DNA of 49,564 bases, counting the filler, from Stramenopiles sp. TOSAG23-3 (taxonomy: Eukaryota), in assembly GCA_900128585.1 (NCBI GenBank). It is 4 parts of 4 records of this genome, joined end to end, with 100 filler letters (N's around TTAATTAATTAA, not from the genome) between each part and the next. Parts side by side here need not be neighbours in the genome. Positions count along the whole stretch, not along the records: positions 22,762 to 45,371 come from LT642329.1; positions 45,472 to 47,468 come from LT645167.1; positions 47,569 to 49,564 come from LT645168.1; 1 more part is not named here. The stretch is one strand, 5' to 3'. The notes below the pieces were generated by a model. That model was not told the DNA's origin and did not search any database. It saw only the letters and a list, made by a program, of their open reading frames with translations. A program made the translations under genes and the position numbers. The number at the start of each line of letters is the position of its first letter. The first letter of the stretch is position 1. Positions 41,322 through 49,564 of this stretch are shown one piece after another.

Positions 41322-42568
41322 ATGCGTGAGAGTGACGTTGCCACGGTTGGAGCTGGGTCGTTGGACCCTAGGTTTGAAAAAGCCATGAGCCGCCTGTTGT
41401 TTGAAGAGTCGAAAACAGTTAATTGTACTTTCCTGTCCGGAGAGCTTGGTATCCCACTGCAAATGTCAAAATGGTAAGTTTATCCGTCGTAATTCCGACG
41501 ACTTCGTCGACTAACATTCTTGTTCTCCTGTAAAGCCTTCTTTACCACTTTGCGGAAAAAAATAAGGAACGCACCAACGCGGTGTTCCTTCTGTCTGGGT
41601 ACAGCAAGGGCGAAAACGAGCAGTTGAGCATAAGCCTGGTAAACCAGGACGAATTAGGGAGAGCGAGAAGCCAGTATGAGCGCATCCTGACGGTTCACGT
41701 GTACTCTTTGAGCGCACTTGCCAGCGACGACAAGAGTAGCAACTTTCACGTAGCCCAATTGGTAAGGGACGAGTTCACGCAGTTTCAGAACACTATGAGC
41801 AACGAAATGTACTCTTCCAGTTTTAAGTCTTCTGACGCTAAAAGTTCCATCGAGAATTCGGGAGAAAATGGATACGTCGAAGGGCAATCTGCGCAGTTTT
41901 CGGCCGAGGCCACCTCCGTGCCACAAGCGAACCACAGCGTCCAGACGCGCCCGAAGAAAGCGGAGAAAAGAAACCTGATGAGTGCCTCTTCGTTTTTCTC
42001 CAAGAAAAAGAAAGCTGCTGTTGCGTCCCCCCCCAAGGCCGTCGTTGCTTCCCCACCCAGGGCATCGAGCAAGGACAAAGCGAAACGCAAGGTCACCATC
42101 GAAAGCGAGGAATCAGACGACGAGAATGACCCGTTTTCGGTGCAGAAGGAACCGACAGCTTCAGCTGCTGCGGAAGATCCATCGGTGGTCGAGACGGCCC
42201 ACCAGGAGGCGGCGACAGCTGAGAAACCGGGGAAAGCGAAGCCGGCCAAACGTAGTAACCCGGTGAAGAAGGCCCCCAAGACTGTTACGACTGGGCCGGC
42301 CGATGCCTTTACATCTGGGGCACGGCCAAACAAAAAGAAGAAAAAAGTTTTGAAGGAAAGAACATTCCAGAACGACAAAGGTTATTTCGTGACGGAAAGC
42401 ATAATGGTGGAAGTTACCGATGATGAAGAGGATGCGACCCCGGCGCCAGCCCCTATCGTGCGCCAAAAAAGGAAAGACCCACCGAAAGCGCGACCATCTC
42501 AGAAGAAAAAGGGGGCAAAAAAGCAAAAGAGTTTGGCAGGCTTTTTTAGTATGAAGAAAACAAAATAG
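41322..42568 (+). CDS. POLD3: DNA polymerase delta subunit 3 (p66/Cdc27/Pol32); two exons, 41322-41473 and 41536-42568
   Basis: Splicing joins ESKTVNCTFLSGELGIPLQMSK-C-LLYHFA...VFLLSG in frame. Also HVYSL, RTFQNDKGYFVTE and a C-terminal PIP box KQKSLAGFF. Confidence 0.9.
41474..41535 (+). other. 62-nt GT-AG spliceosomal intron
   Basis: GTAAGT donor, GACTAAC branch site (41509-41515), pyrimidine tract and AAG acceptor; removal restores the reading frame. Confidence 0.92.
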
Positions 42569-43048
42569 TTAGCGAGTTGTTGTACCACACCATGGCGCTT
42601 GATGCGCACGCGTTAACGCTGCACACACATTTTTTTAATACCCGGGAAGGAAATTGGTACAAATAAGACTTTAAGATTCTGAGGATTCTATCATGTGATA
42701 ATATTTAAGTGTTTTTGTTTTTATGAACAAATTATATATCATATATCATAGTATGTTTTAAGTCAAAAAAGAAAAGAAAAAAGAAGATCATATTAAAAAA
42801 ATAAGAAATTATATATTTTGATAAATTATATGATACAAGTAAACTTCTTTAAACTATGATATCATCCATATGATAGAAACTGAAATAGTAATTGAAGATT
42901 TAAAATGAGAGTCTTAAAACATTACTATATAATTTGTTTTTCCATATGATAGAAAAAACAAATTATATATAGTATCATATGTTTTAAAAAATATAGACAC
43001 ATTAACAATTTTATAATTATTTATGATACCCATACAGAATCATAACTA

Positions 43049-43702
43049 TCACGGGTGATCATCGTCACCATCGTCGCTTTTCACTTTACGTTTCAAAATC
43101 AGCTGCCAATCATAATAACCAGCAATGCCGGTGAACATATGCCAGCCCCCGTGAAACATACGATAGGGATCCGTGTGCTCGTCCAACCCTTTCACGAAAC
43201 AAACAAAACCAATAGAGTGCCACACGGCCGCAATTTTTAAATATTTGCGGTTGCACGCCGGGAATTTTCCACCGTCCATGATCATTCTTTTCGCGATGAA
43301 CAAAATAAAAGATGCAATGATGGGGCCGGTAGTAAAGTTCAGGTTCCACGGGCTCTTTTCTTGGAGCAAAATGACCAGGCATAAGAAGCAGTATTTACAC
43401 AAGTTGGCGTGATCAATATTCTGAAAATCTGCGAGATAGATAAAAAACAGAACAAAACACATAATTGCGCCCACGTTGTCTTGTCGGTGCCACTGGCCCT
43501 CTGACAACCAGAGCCCTCTGTTTCCCTTCAATTCCAAACTGTCACACAAGTGATACATGAAGCTCGTCAAGAAGGTATAACTCATTATTACACTTTCAAA
43601 GACCCTGCCCTTTTGCCAGTTCAGTGCAACTGTTGGCAGCCCGGCTACATTGGTTATAGCACTGACAAGTACCCAGATAGCGCGTTCGGAATAGGTCCTC
43701 AT
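43049..43702 (-). CDS. TMEM8/PGAP6/myomaker (DUF3522, CREST superfamily) 7-TM protein, 217 aa
   Basis: SAITN...LP, SFMYHLCDS, WHRQDNVG, D.YRMFHGGWH; about seven hydrophobic segments. Confidence 0.85.
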   Translation of the reverse strand: MRTYSERAIWVLVSAITNVAGLPTVALNWQKGRVFESVIMSYTFLTSFMYHLCDSLELKGNRGLWLSEGQWHRQDNVGAIMCFVLFFIYLADFQNIDHANLCKYCFLCLVILLQEKSPWNLNFTTGPIIASFILFIAKRMIMDGGKFPACNRKYLKIAAVWHSIGFVCFVKGLDEHTDPYRMFHGGWHMFTGIAGYYDWQLILKRKVKSDDGDDDHP

Positions 43703-43874
43703 CCTAATATAAAATCGTTCTTCGACAATACAATTTTTTTTGCTTTCCTGACCTTTTCAAACATTTCTTCCCGTGTTTTCAGAAGAAGAAAAATCAAGTC
43801 AAATTAACAGACAATAAATCATCTCGTCTTCAAGGCCATTTGTGTAAATATATATGTTAATACTTATATACAAA

Positions 43875-43963
43875 AAAAAAAAAGAAGAAGAAAGAAGAAG
43901 AGAAAGAAGAAGAAGAGGAGAGAAAGAAAGAAAGAAAGAAAAAAAAGAAGAAAAAAAGGAGAA
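43875..43963. repeat. GAA/GAAA tract
   Basis: Visible upstream of the TMEM8-like gene. Confidence 0.9.
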
Positions 43964-44878
43964 GTAGTAGTACGGTAGGTATACTTACGGGTAGTGTTGT
44001 TGTTGTTAATATTTTATTGAATTATTATTATTATTATTGAATTTTTCTTCTTCTTCTGTTCTTCCGTTCCTTCCTCCTGTACCTGTACCGTACCTTTCAG
44101 GTATTAATACCATACTACTAACTGTACTGGTCCAGATTCAATTATGTAATAATAAATAATAATACCTCCTCCTCTTCTCTCTCTCTCTCTTCTCTCCCGC
44201 GCGTTTTTTTATATTTAGACTATTTAATTATTTTAATATATATTCAACATCTACTACGGTACTAACTATACTTCGCCTCAACTTAAATAATAAACCAATT
44301 GAATCCTTATTATTATTTATTATTATTTAATTAATAATATATGATATAGCATTATAATAGACTACTAGTCTCTATTAATAGTAAAAATAACACAATTCGC
44401 CGCGATTAGATGATTGCTTTTTTTAAAGATTGAGTATGTTTGGCAATTTTTATTATTAGTTTTATTCAGTTTGTTGTTCCTTTTTTTTCTCTTTACTTGG
44501 TATAATAATATAATGTATTATACTTATTTCATGAGTCATGAGGCAAGTTTATTATATTAGGACAACATTAACTGTGGCTAGAATATTTTAAACCCGATTT
44601 CGGGATGATGATCCCTTTGTACTATGACACTATGACTAGGTAATAGGAGAACGTTGAGAAAATAAAAAACAACCTATAGTCATCACGCTTATTCTAAATT
44701 ATACCTTATCTTGAGGTCTGAAAGATACGATAATACCTTTCGTACGGGCAATCTTGGGATTTGAGGATACGATAGGTGTCTTGATTAGAAAAATGCCATT
44801 CAATTTCAACCAGCTTTCTGCTGTAGATTTCTGTTTTCTTCTAGAGTTAACCTAAGAGTTGGCTTCGTAGATATAAAA

Positions 44879-45371
44879 ATGCTATTACAGATAATTTTGG
44901 CTGTGGTCTTCTTATCTTTTGTAACAGTGCACGAATGTGGCGCAGTGTCTCCGTCCAACTTTGTCTGCAAAGACTTCGATAGGGATCTTTATTCGGGTAA
45001 ACTTGGAATTATTGAAGTTCCTTCTCCACCTTGGGATGAAAGTCTAGTGTTTGAGATATTGGAATATTTTGCATATGAGCGGCAAGAGGCATATGCGATG
45101 CAGATGCTGGAAAAGAAGAAGAAACTTTTTAACGCATATAGGAAATGCCCTACGACAACAGTTTTTGACGGCGAAACCTATCAGAATATTTGCAAAGGCC
45201 TTATGGCTGACACCCGTAATTTTACGATTGACGGCATTCCCCGTCTGTTAGTGCTTGATCCGATATGCGTCCACCCAACAGATCTTAGGCCAGAAACTTT
45301 AAAGCGTTTTGAGAAAGTAATCCCTGTTGAACGAGCGTATCTCCCCGCAGTAACTGAAATGTTGGACCGCT
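44879..45371 (+). CDS. Predicted secreted protein of unknown family (truncated by gap)
   Basis: ATG ORF with signal peptide MLLQIILAVVFLSFVTVHECGA, open until the N run. Confidence 0.7.
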
Positions 45372-45471
45372 NNNNNNNNNNNNNNNNNNNNNNNNNNNNN
45401 NNNNNNNNNNNNNNNTTAATTAATTAANNNNNNNNNNNNNNNNNNNNNNNNNNNNNNNNNNNNNNNNNNNN
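45372..45471. other. Scaffold gap with TTAATTAATTAA linker
   Basis: Same 44N-12-44N structure. Confidence 0.98.
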
Positions 45472-46703
45472 GTCGTCTTGACCAGCATGGAGTACGTCCG
45501 GAGCAGGTCGGACGCGCGGACCTCCCCGGCGGCCGTCGAGAGCTTGGCGGCCAGGTCGTCGGCGAGGAGGACGTTCCGGCGGTAGACCATCTGGAACTTG
45601 TGGAACCGCACGTACGCCGCGGTAAGGTTCAGCTCTTTCGAGAGGGCCTCCGCCTTCTGCATTCCCTTCTTCTGGGCCTTGTTGATCTCGTCCCGGACCA
45701 CGCGGGACGCCTCGTCGTACGCGTTGAAGACGTCGAGGAACAGGGTCTCCTTCTGCGGCGTGTTCTCCTCCTTCAGCTGGTTGAGCTCGTACACGGTGTC
45801 GTTGACCTTGAGGATGGCCTCCCGGACCCGTTCGGACCGAAGGGTGGCCTCCGTTCCGGCCCACGTGACCGTGGAGCTCGTTGACGTCGACTGGCGCTTT
45901 CGGGTCTCCGCGAGGGCGGCGTCCAGCTTGCTCTGGAGCAGGTCGGACCCCTTCGTCTGCAGCCGAAGCTTGAGGAGCATGTCCGCGGAGCTCTGCGTCC
46001 CGTGCTCGACCTCGTTGTTGTACTTGCAAAACGCGAGCGGGGGGTCGATGTCCTCCGCAATGCGGTCCCGAAAGAGTTCCCGCTCCTCCGTGGACCCGAC
46101 CTGGCTCAGCTGGTCGTAGATTTCCCGCGCGTGCATGAACTTGGCCGCCGCGTTCGCCCAGTCCTCGTTCTGGACGGTCAGGTTCGCGTGCATGACGGCC
46201 TCGTACGCCTCCGCCTCCAGGGACGTCCGGGCGTCGCACGTCGCCGCGCACAGCTCCTTGAGCTCCGTGCTCCACTTCGCCGCCTTCGTCAGCCGGCGCT
46301 TCATGTGAAAGTACTTTCGCGGGTACTCGTCGTTTTCGTTGTCCTGCTTCAGCTGCATCGCGTAGCTCCACGCCCTTTCCGCCATGATGAGCGGGACCAG
46401 CAGGAGCCGCTCGTCGCTCACGTCCTCCGCCCGGACGCTTTTGAACTCGTAGTCCCGGCCCTTCTTGTCCGCGTACATGAAACGTATCAAGTTGTTCTTT
46501 CGGATCCTCCGCAGCCGTCGGGTGCAGTACTGCCTGTACCGAAGGTAGTCCCCGTGACGAAGCCCATTCTTCATCTGGGACGACTTGACAATGTGCAAAA
46601 TGTCCAAACTATGCGGCCCGTCCGCCGTTGCCTTGGACGAGGCGGCGGCGGTCGTGCCAGCGTCGCCCTCGTGCACCGTTGTGTCCCCATCGGTCCCTGC
46701 CAT
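45472..46703 (-). CDS. SRP68: Signal recognition particle subunit SRP68 (3' end lost in gap)
   Basis: SLDILHIVKSSQMKNGLRHGDYLRYRQYCTRRLRRIRK, AERAWSYAMQLK, DARTSLEAEAY, IDPPLAFCKYN. ATG is at 46703. Confidence 0.96.
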
Positions 46704-46971
46704 CTTTCGTGTGACAAAAAAAAAAAAGAAAGGGAAGAAAGAAGAAACAAAGAAAGGTTCAGGTACGTAAAACAAGAACAAGCTGGTTGCCAATCTTCTC
46801 TTTATTTCATTTGTTCATTGGAAGAAACAGTCCTATAAAATGATTATATTTTAAAATGAAGAAGAAAAAGAAAGAAGAGATTACAGATTACAGATATGTG
46901 ATAAAATAATAATAATATGATGATTTTATTCTTCTTCGGTCGTCGGAGGTCGAAGGATGATGTTGTATGAA

Positions 46972-47252
46972 TGAAGAAAGAAGAAAAGAAAGAAGAAGAA
47001 GAAGAAGGAGGAAGGAGGAAGAAGAAGAAAGAAGAAAGAAGAAAAGAAAGAAGAAAAGAAAGAAGAAGAAGAGGAAGGAGGGATATTAATTTATTTTAAT
47101 TGAATATTATAAATAAATACATCATTCATCAAAGGAGGATGAAGGAGGAGGAGGATAAAGAGGATAGGGCAAGAAGGAAAGGAAGAAAGAAAGGAGAAAG
47201 GAAAGAAAGGAAAGAAAGGAAAGAAAGGAAAGAAAGGAAAGAAAGGAAGGAA
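46972..47252. repeat. GAA-rich tracts including an (AAGGAAAGA)n nonamer array
   Basis: Visible in the SRP68/RPAP3 divergent spacer. Confidence 0.9.
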
Positions 47253-47468
47253 GATATAAATATATTATAGAAATTATATAGAAAAGAGAAGAAGAGATAG
47301 AATGAATGGAGTCTGGAGTCCACTAATCAATTCTATACTGTGGTCATGTATATAAATATTAATATTAATATTTAGGAGAAAACAGAGCAAAACGAAAGAA
47401 CTATACGAAGTATACATAATCACAGCATAGAATACAATGCATACCATGTATTACATCATCACAGCAGA

Positions 47469-47568
47469 NNNNNNNNNNNNNNNNNNNNNNNNNNNNNNNN
47501 NNNNNNNNNNNNTTAATTAATTAANNNNNNNNNNNNNNNNNNNNNNNNNNNNNNNNNNNNNNNNNNNN
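47469..47568. other. Scaffold gap with TTAATTAATTAA linker
   Basis: Same 44N-12-44N structure. Confidence 0.98.
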
Positions 47569-47751
47569 ACTTTTTTGGTTGAAAATTGAAAATTGAAAAT
47601 TGAAAACTAAATATATCAACAACAACAATGATATTAAAGAAAAACGGAAAAAATGGAAGGAAAGCATAAATCTTTGGCGATAATTATTCATTTTTACACC
47701 GATTCCGCTCCTGCTCTTTCGTTTCATACTTTTTGACCTACAGACACCACT

Positions 47752-49338
47752 ATGAACAAGGATTTCACCAGGGTGCAGCACCAAATTCGTCAGAATGCTT
47801 CCAGCCTGCAAGACGCCCTGAGGGAAATGGGGGACTGGGAGGCCAAGGTGAAGAAGAAAGACGCCGCGATAAAGGCACGAAAAGGGACGAAAGCGTTGCC
47901 GCCCGTACGAGGTTCAGGGGGGCGGGTGGTGTCGGCGTCCAGCGGTCGTGGGGGGGCCGCGCAGCCCCACCCGTTCCTTCGCGACAACGACCCAGAGGAC
48001 GCCGCCGGGGACGACGAGGAGGAGGGGGCGGCGAAGCCCCCGGCGTCCCACGTCTACGACAAGGGGTACAAGAAGTGGGAAAATTTCGATGTCGACGCGG
48101 CGCTGGAAGAGGTCGATCAGGACAAGAAAGCAACCCCGAAGCCGAAGAAGAAGCGGCGGCCCAAGGCCAGCGCGGTGGGGAGCCCCTTGGAAGTGGCAGC
48201 TGCCCAGTCGTACGAGTCCCCGGCCGCCCGGGCCCGGGCCCTTCGGGTGGCGCGGGAGGCGGAGGAGAAGCAGGCGGCGGCCACGCCGGGGAAGAAGGGG
48301 CAGACGGCCGCGGCGAAGAGGGCGGCCCGCCCGGCACCCGTCGCCGCCCCGGCCGTGTCGCGGGAGGAACTCGAGCGCATCGACGGCAATAAACTGTACA
48401 AGAAAGGGGATTTCAACGGCGCCATCAAGTGCTACACCCGCTGCATCGGGTTGAACCCAGAAAACCACGTCGCGTACTCGAACCGGGCCATGGCGTACTT
48501 GAAGGCCAAGAATTTTTCGAAGGCAGAGGAGGACTGCTGCAGCGCCGTACGGCTCTGCCCGGGCCACGTCAAGTCGTGGAACCGTCGGGGGACGGCCCGG
48601 AACAAGCTGGGGCGGCACCGCGCGGCCATGCGCGATTTTGAGCAGGTCCTGCGCCTGGAACCGAGGAACAAGCAGGCGACCAACGATTTGCGCAAGACGC
48701 GCGAGGCCGTGAAGCAGGCGGCGAAGCGCGCGCCAAGGAAAACGGCCCCGAACATTCGCCAAACGGGCGGGCACGCCATCCCGTGGGTCGCAAAACCGAC
48801 CGAAGAGTCCGGGGCCCGTGCCCCATCGGTGGGGGCGACCGCCGTCGTCGCGGCAAAGGCGGCCCCCGCCCCCCCCGCGGCGAACAACACCGAAGTGGCC
48901 GAGAAAGCGCAGGCGGTGGTGCGCGAACGGGCACGAAAGCTCGCCCTGGAATCTCCACCCCCCGGGACAATGTTCGAGTTCAGCAAAACGTGGAATTCCC
49001 TCAAAAACGACTCGGAAGGGAAAGCCCTGTACGTGTCGAAGATACCCCGCAAAGTCATGAAAAAAGTGTTCAAGGGGGAGATGGAGGCCGAGTTGTTCAT
49101 GGAGTTGCTCAGGCTGGGGCGGTCGTACTGGGACGGGGTCCTTTCCCCGCGCGTTGTCCTGTCCATGTTAGATAGTTTTTCCCAAACCGGCGGTTGTTTG
49201 AAAATGGTCTTTATGTTTCTAAACGACGAGGACAAAAAGTTTGCCACGGACATTGCAAGGGACACCCTCGATTCTTTCAAAGGCGACGATGGTGTTAAAA
49301 AAAGCGTCGCAAGGGTTAAGAAAGGCTTTTCGCTGTAA
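47752..49338 (+). CDS. RPAP3: RPAP3/Spaghetti-like R2TP co-chaperone (TPR plus RPAP3 C-terminal domain)
   Basis: QHQIRQNA..LQD..REM..WE, KWENFDVDAAL, carboxylate-clamp TPR GNKLYKKGDFNGAIKCYT...YSNRAMAYLK...KSWNRRG, C-terminal PGTMFEFSKTW...MVFMFL. Confidence 0.92.
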   Translation: MNKDFTRVQHQIRQNASSLQDALREMGDWEAKVKKKDAAIKARKGTKALPPVRGSGGRVVSASSGRGGAAQPHPFLRDNDPEDAAGDDEEEGAAKPPASHVYDKGYKKWENFDVDAALEEVDQDKKATPKPKKKRRPKASAVGSPLEVAAAQSYESPAARARALRVAREAEEKQAAATPGKKGQTAAAKRAARPAPVAAPAVSREELERIDGNKLYKKGDFNGAIKCYTRCIGLNPENHVAYSNRAMAYLKAKNFSKAEEDCCSAVRLCPGHVKSWNRRGTARNKLGRHRAAMRDFEQVLRLEPRNKQATNDLRKTREAVKQAAKRAPRKTAPNIRQTGGHAIPWVAKPTEESGARAPSVGATAVVAAKAAPAPPAANNTEVAEKAQAVVRERARKLALESPPPGTMFEFSKTWNSLKNDSEGKALYVSKIPRKVMKKVFKGEMEAELFMELLRLGRSYWDGVLSPRVVLSMLDSFSQTGGCLKMVFMFLNDEDKKFATDIARDTLDSFKGDDGVKKSVARVKKGFSL

Positions 49339-49507
49339 GAAGGTAAGACGGGGAAAAGAAAGAAATGAAATTAAGTTGAAAGTCATAAAATAAGTTAGAC
49401 TTACTTTATCTTCAGATAATAGTCCGATCGATACAAAAATGTGGTAAGTATATTATTGTAAAGGTGGTGTTAGTTCTCTAATTTATCAAGTGGATACCAT
49501 CGTTGTT

Positions 49508-49564
49508 TTTCTTCTTCTTCTTTCTTCTTTCTTCTTTCTTCTTTCTTCTTTCTTCTTTCTTCTT
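49508..49564. repeat. TTC/TTTC tract at window end
   Basis: Directly visible. Confidence 0.85.

Noticed and set aside
44600-44725. Possible C/D box snoRNA (ATGATGA ... CTGA)
   Set aside because: No convincing terminal stem or rRNA-complementary guide identified; such boxes arise by chance in AT-rich DNA.
45424-49280. Long alternative-frame and antisense ORFs over SRP68 and RPAP3
   Set aside because: Shadow ORFs expected from very high GC3.
1-49564. Non-standard genetic code
   Set aside because: TAA, TAG and TGA all end well-conserved genes at the expected positions.

Overview
Compact, almost intron-free eukaryotic nuclear DNA from a protist, most plausibly a flagellated stramenopile (an inference from gene content and style). 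It uses the standard genetic code and contains about 22 protein genes separated by AT-rich spacers. Recognisable genes: a ubiquitin-like-domain protein (partial), a multi-IQ protein, a JmjC/cupin-4 oxygenase, CTP synthase, syntaxin-5, an AGE-family sugar epimerase, an ankyrin protein, GT31 and GT47 glycosyltransferases, a stand-alone PPIE-type RRM, a NELF-A homologue, an Rdx/SelW-like-domain protein, a PX-BAR sorting nexin, an SLC41 Mg2+ transporter, a TLC-like membrane protein, a PKD2-like channel, a large EF-hand-like protein, a bHLH-ZIP factor, POLD3 (the only clear intron, 62 nt), a TMEM8/myomaker-family protein, a secreted unknown (partial), SRP68 (partial) and RPAP3. Three 100-nt scaffold gaps carry an artificial TTAATTAATTAA linker. 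The observations most worth following up are the two-domain NELF-A in a non-animal genome, a ~400-nt stem-loop-rich non-coding island after the epimerase, a minimal myomaker-sized TMEM8 protein, a short dispersed repeat near gene 3' ends, GAA/TTC tracts restricted to spacers that contain a gene start, and a GC-rich SRP68/RPAP3 block. I found no rRNA, tRNA, CRISPR array or autonomous transposon, and no multi-gene novel system can be established from this sequence alone.
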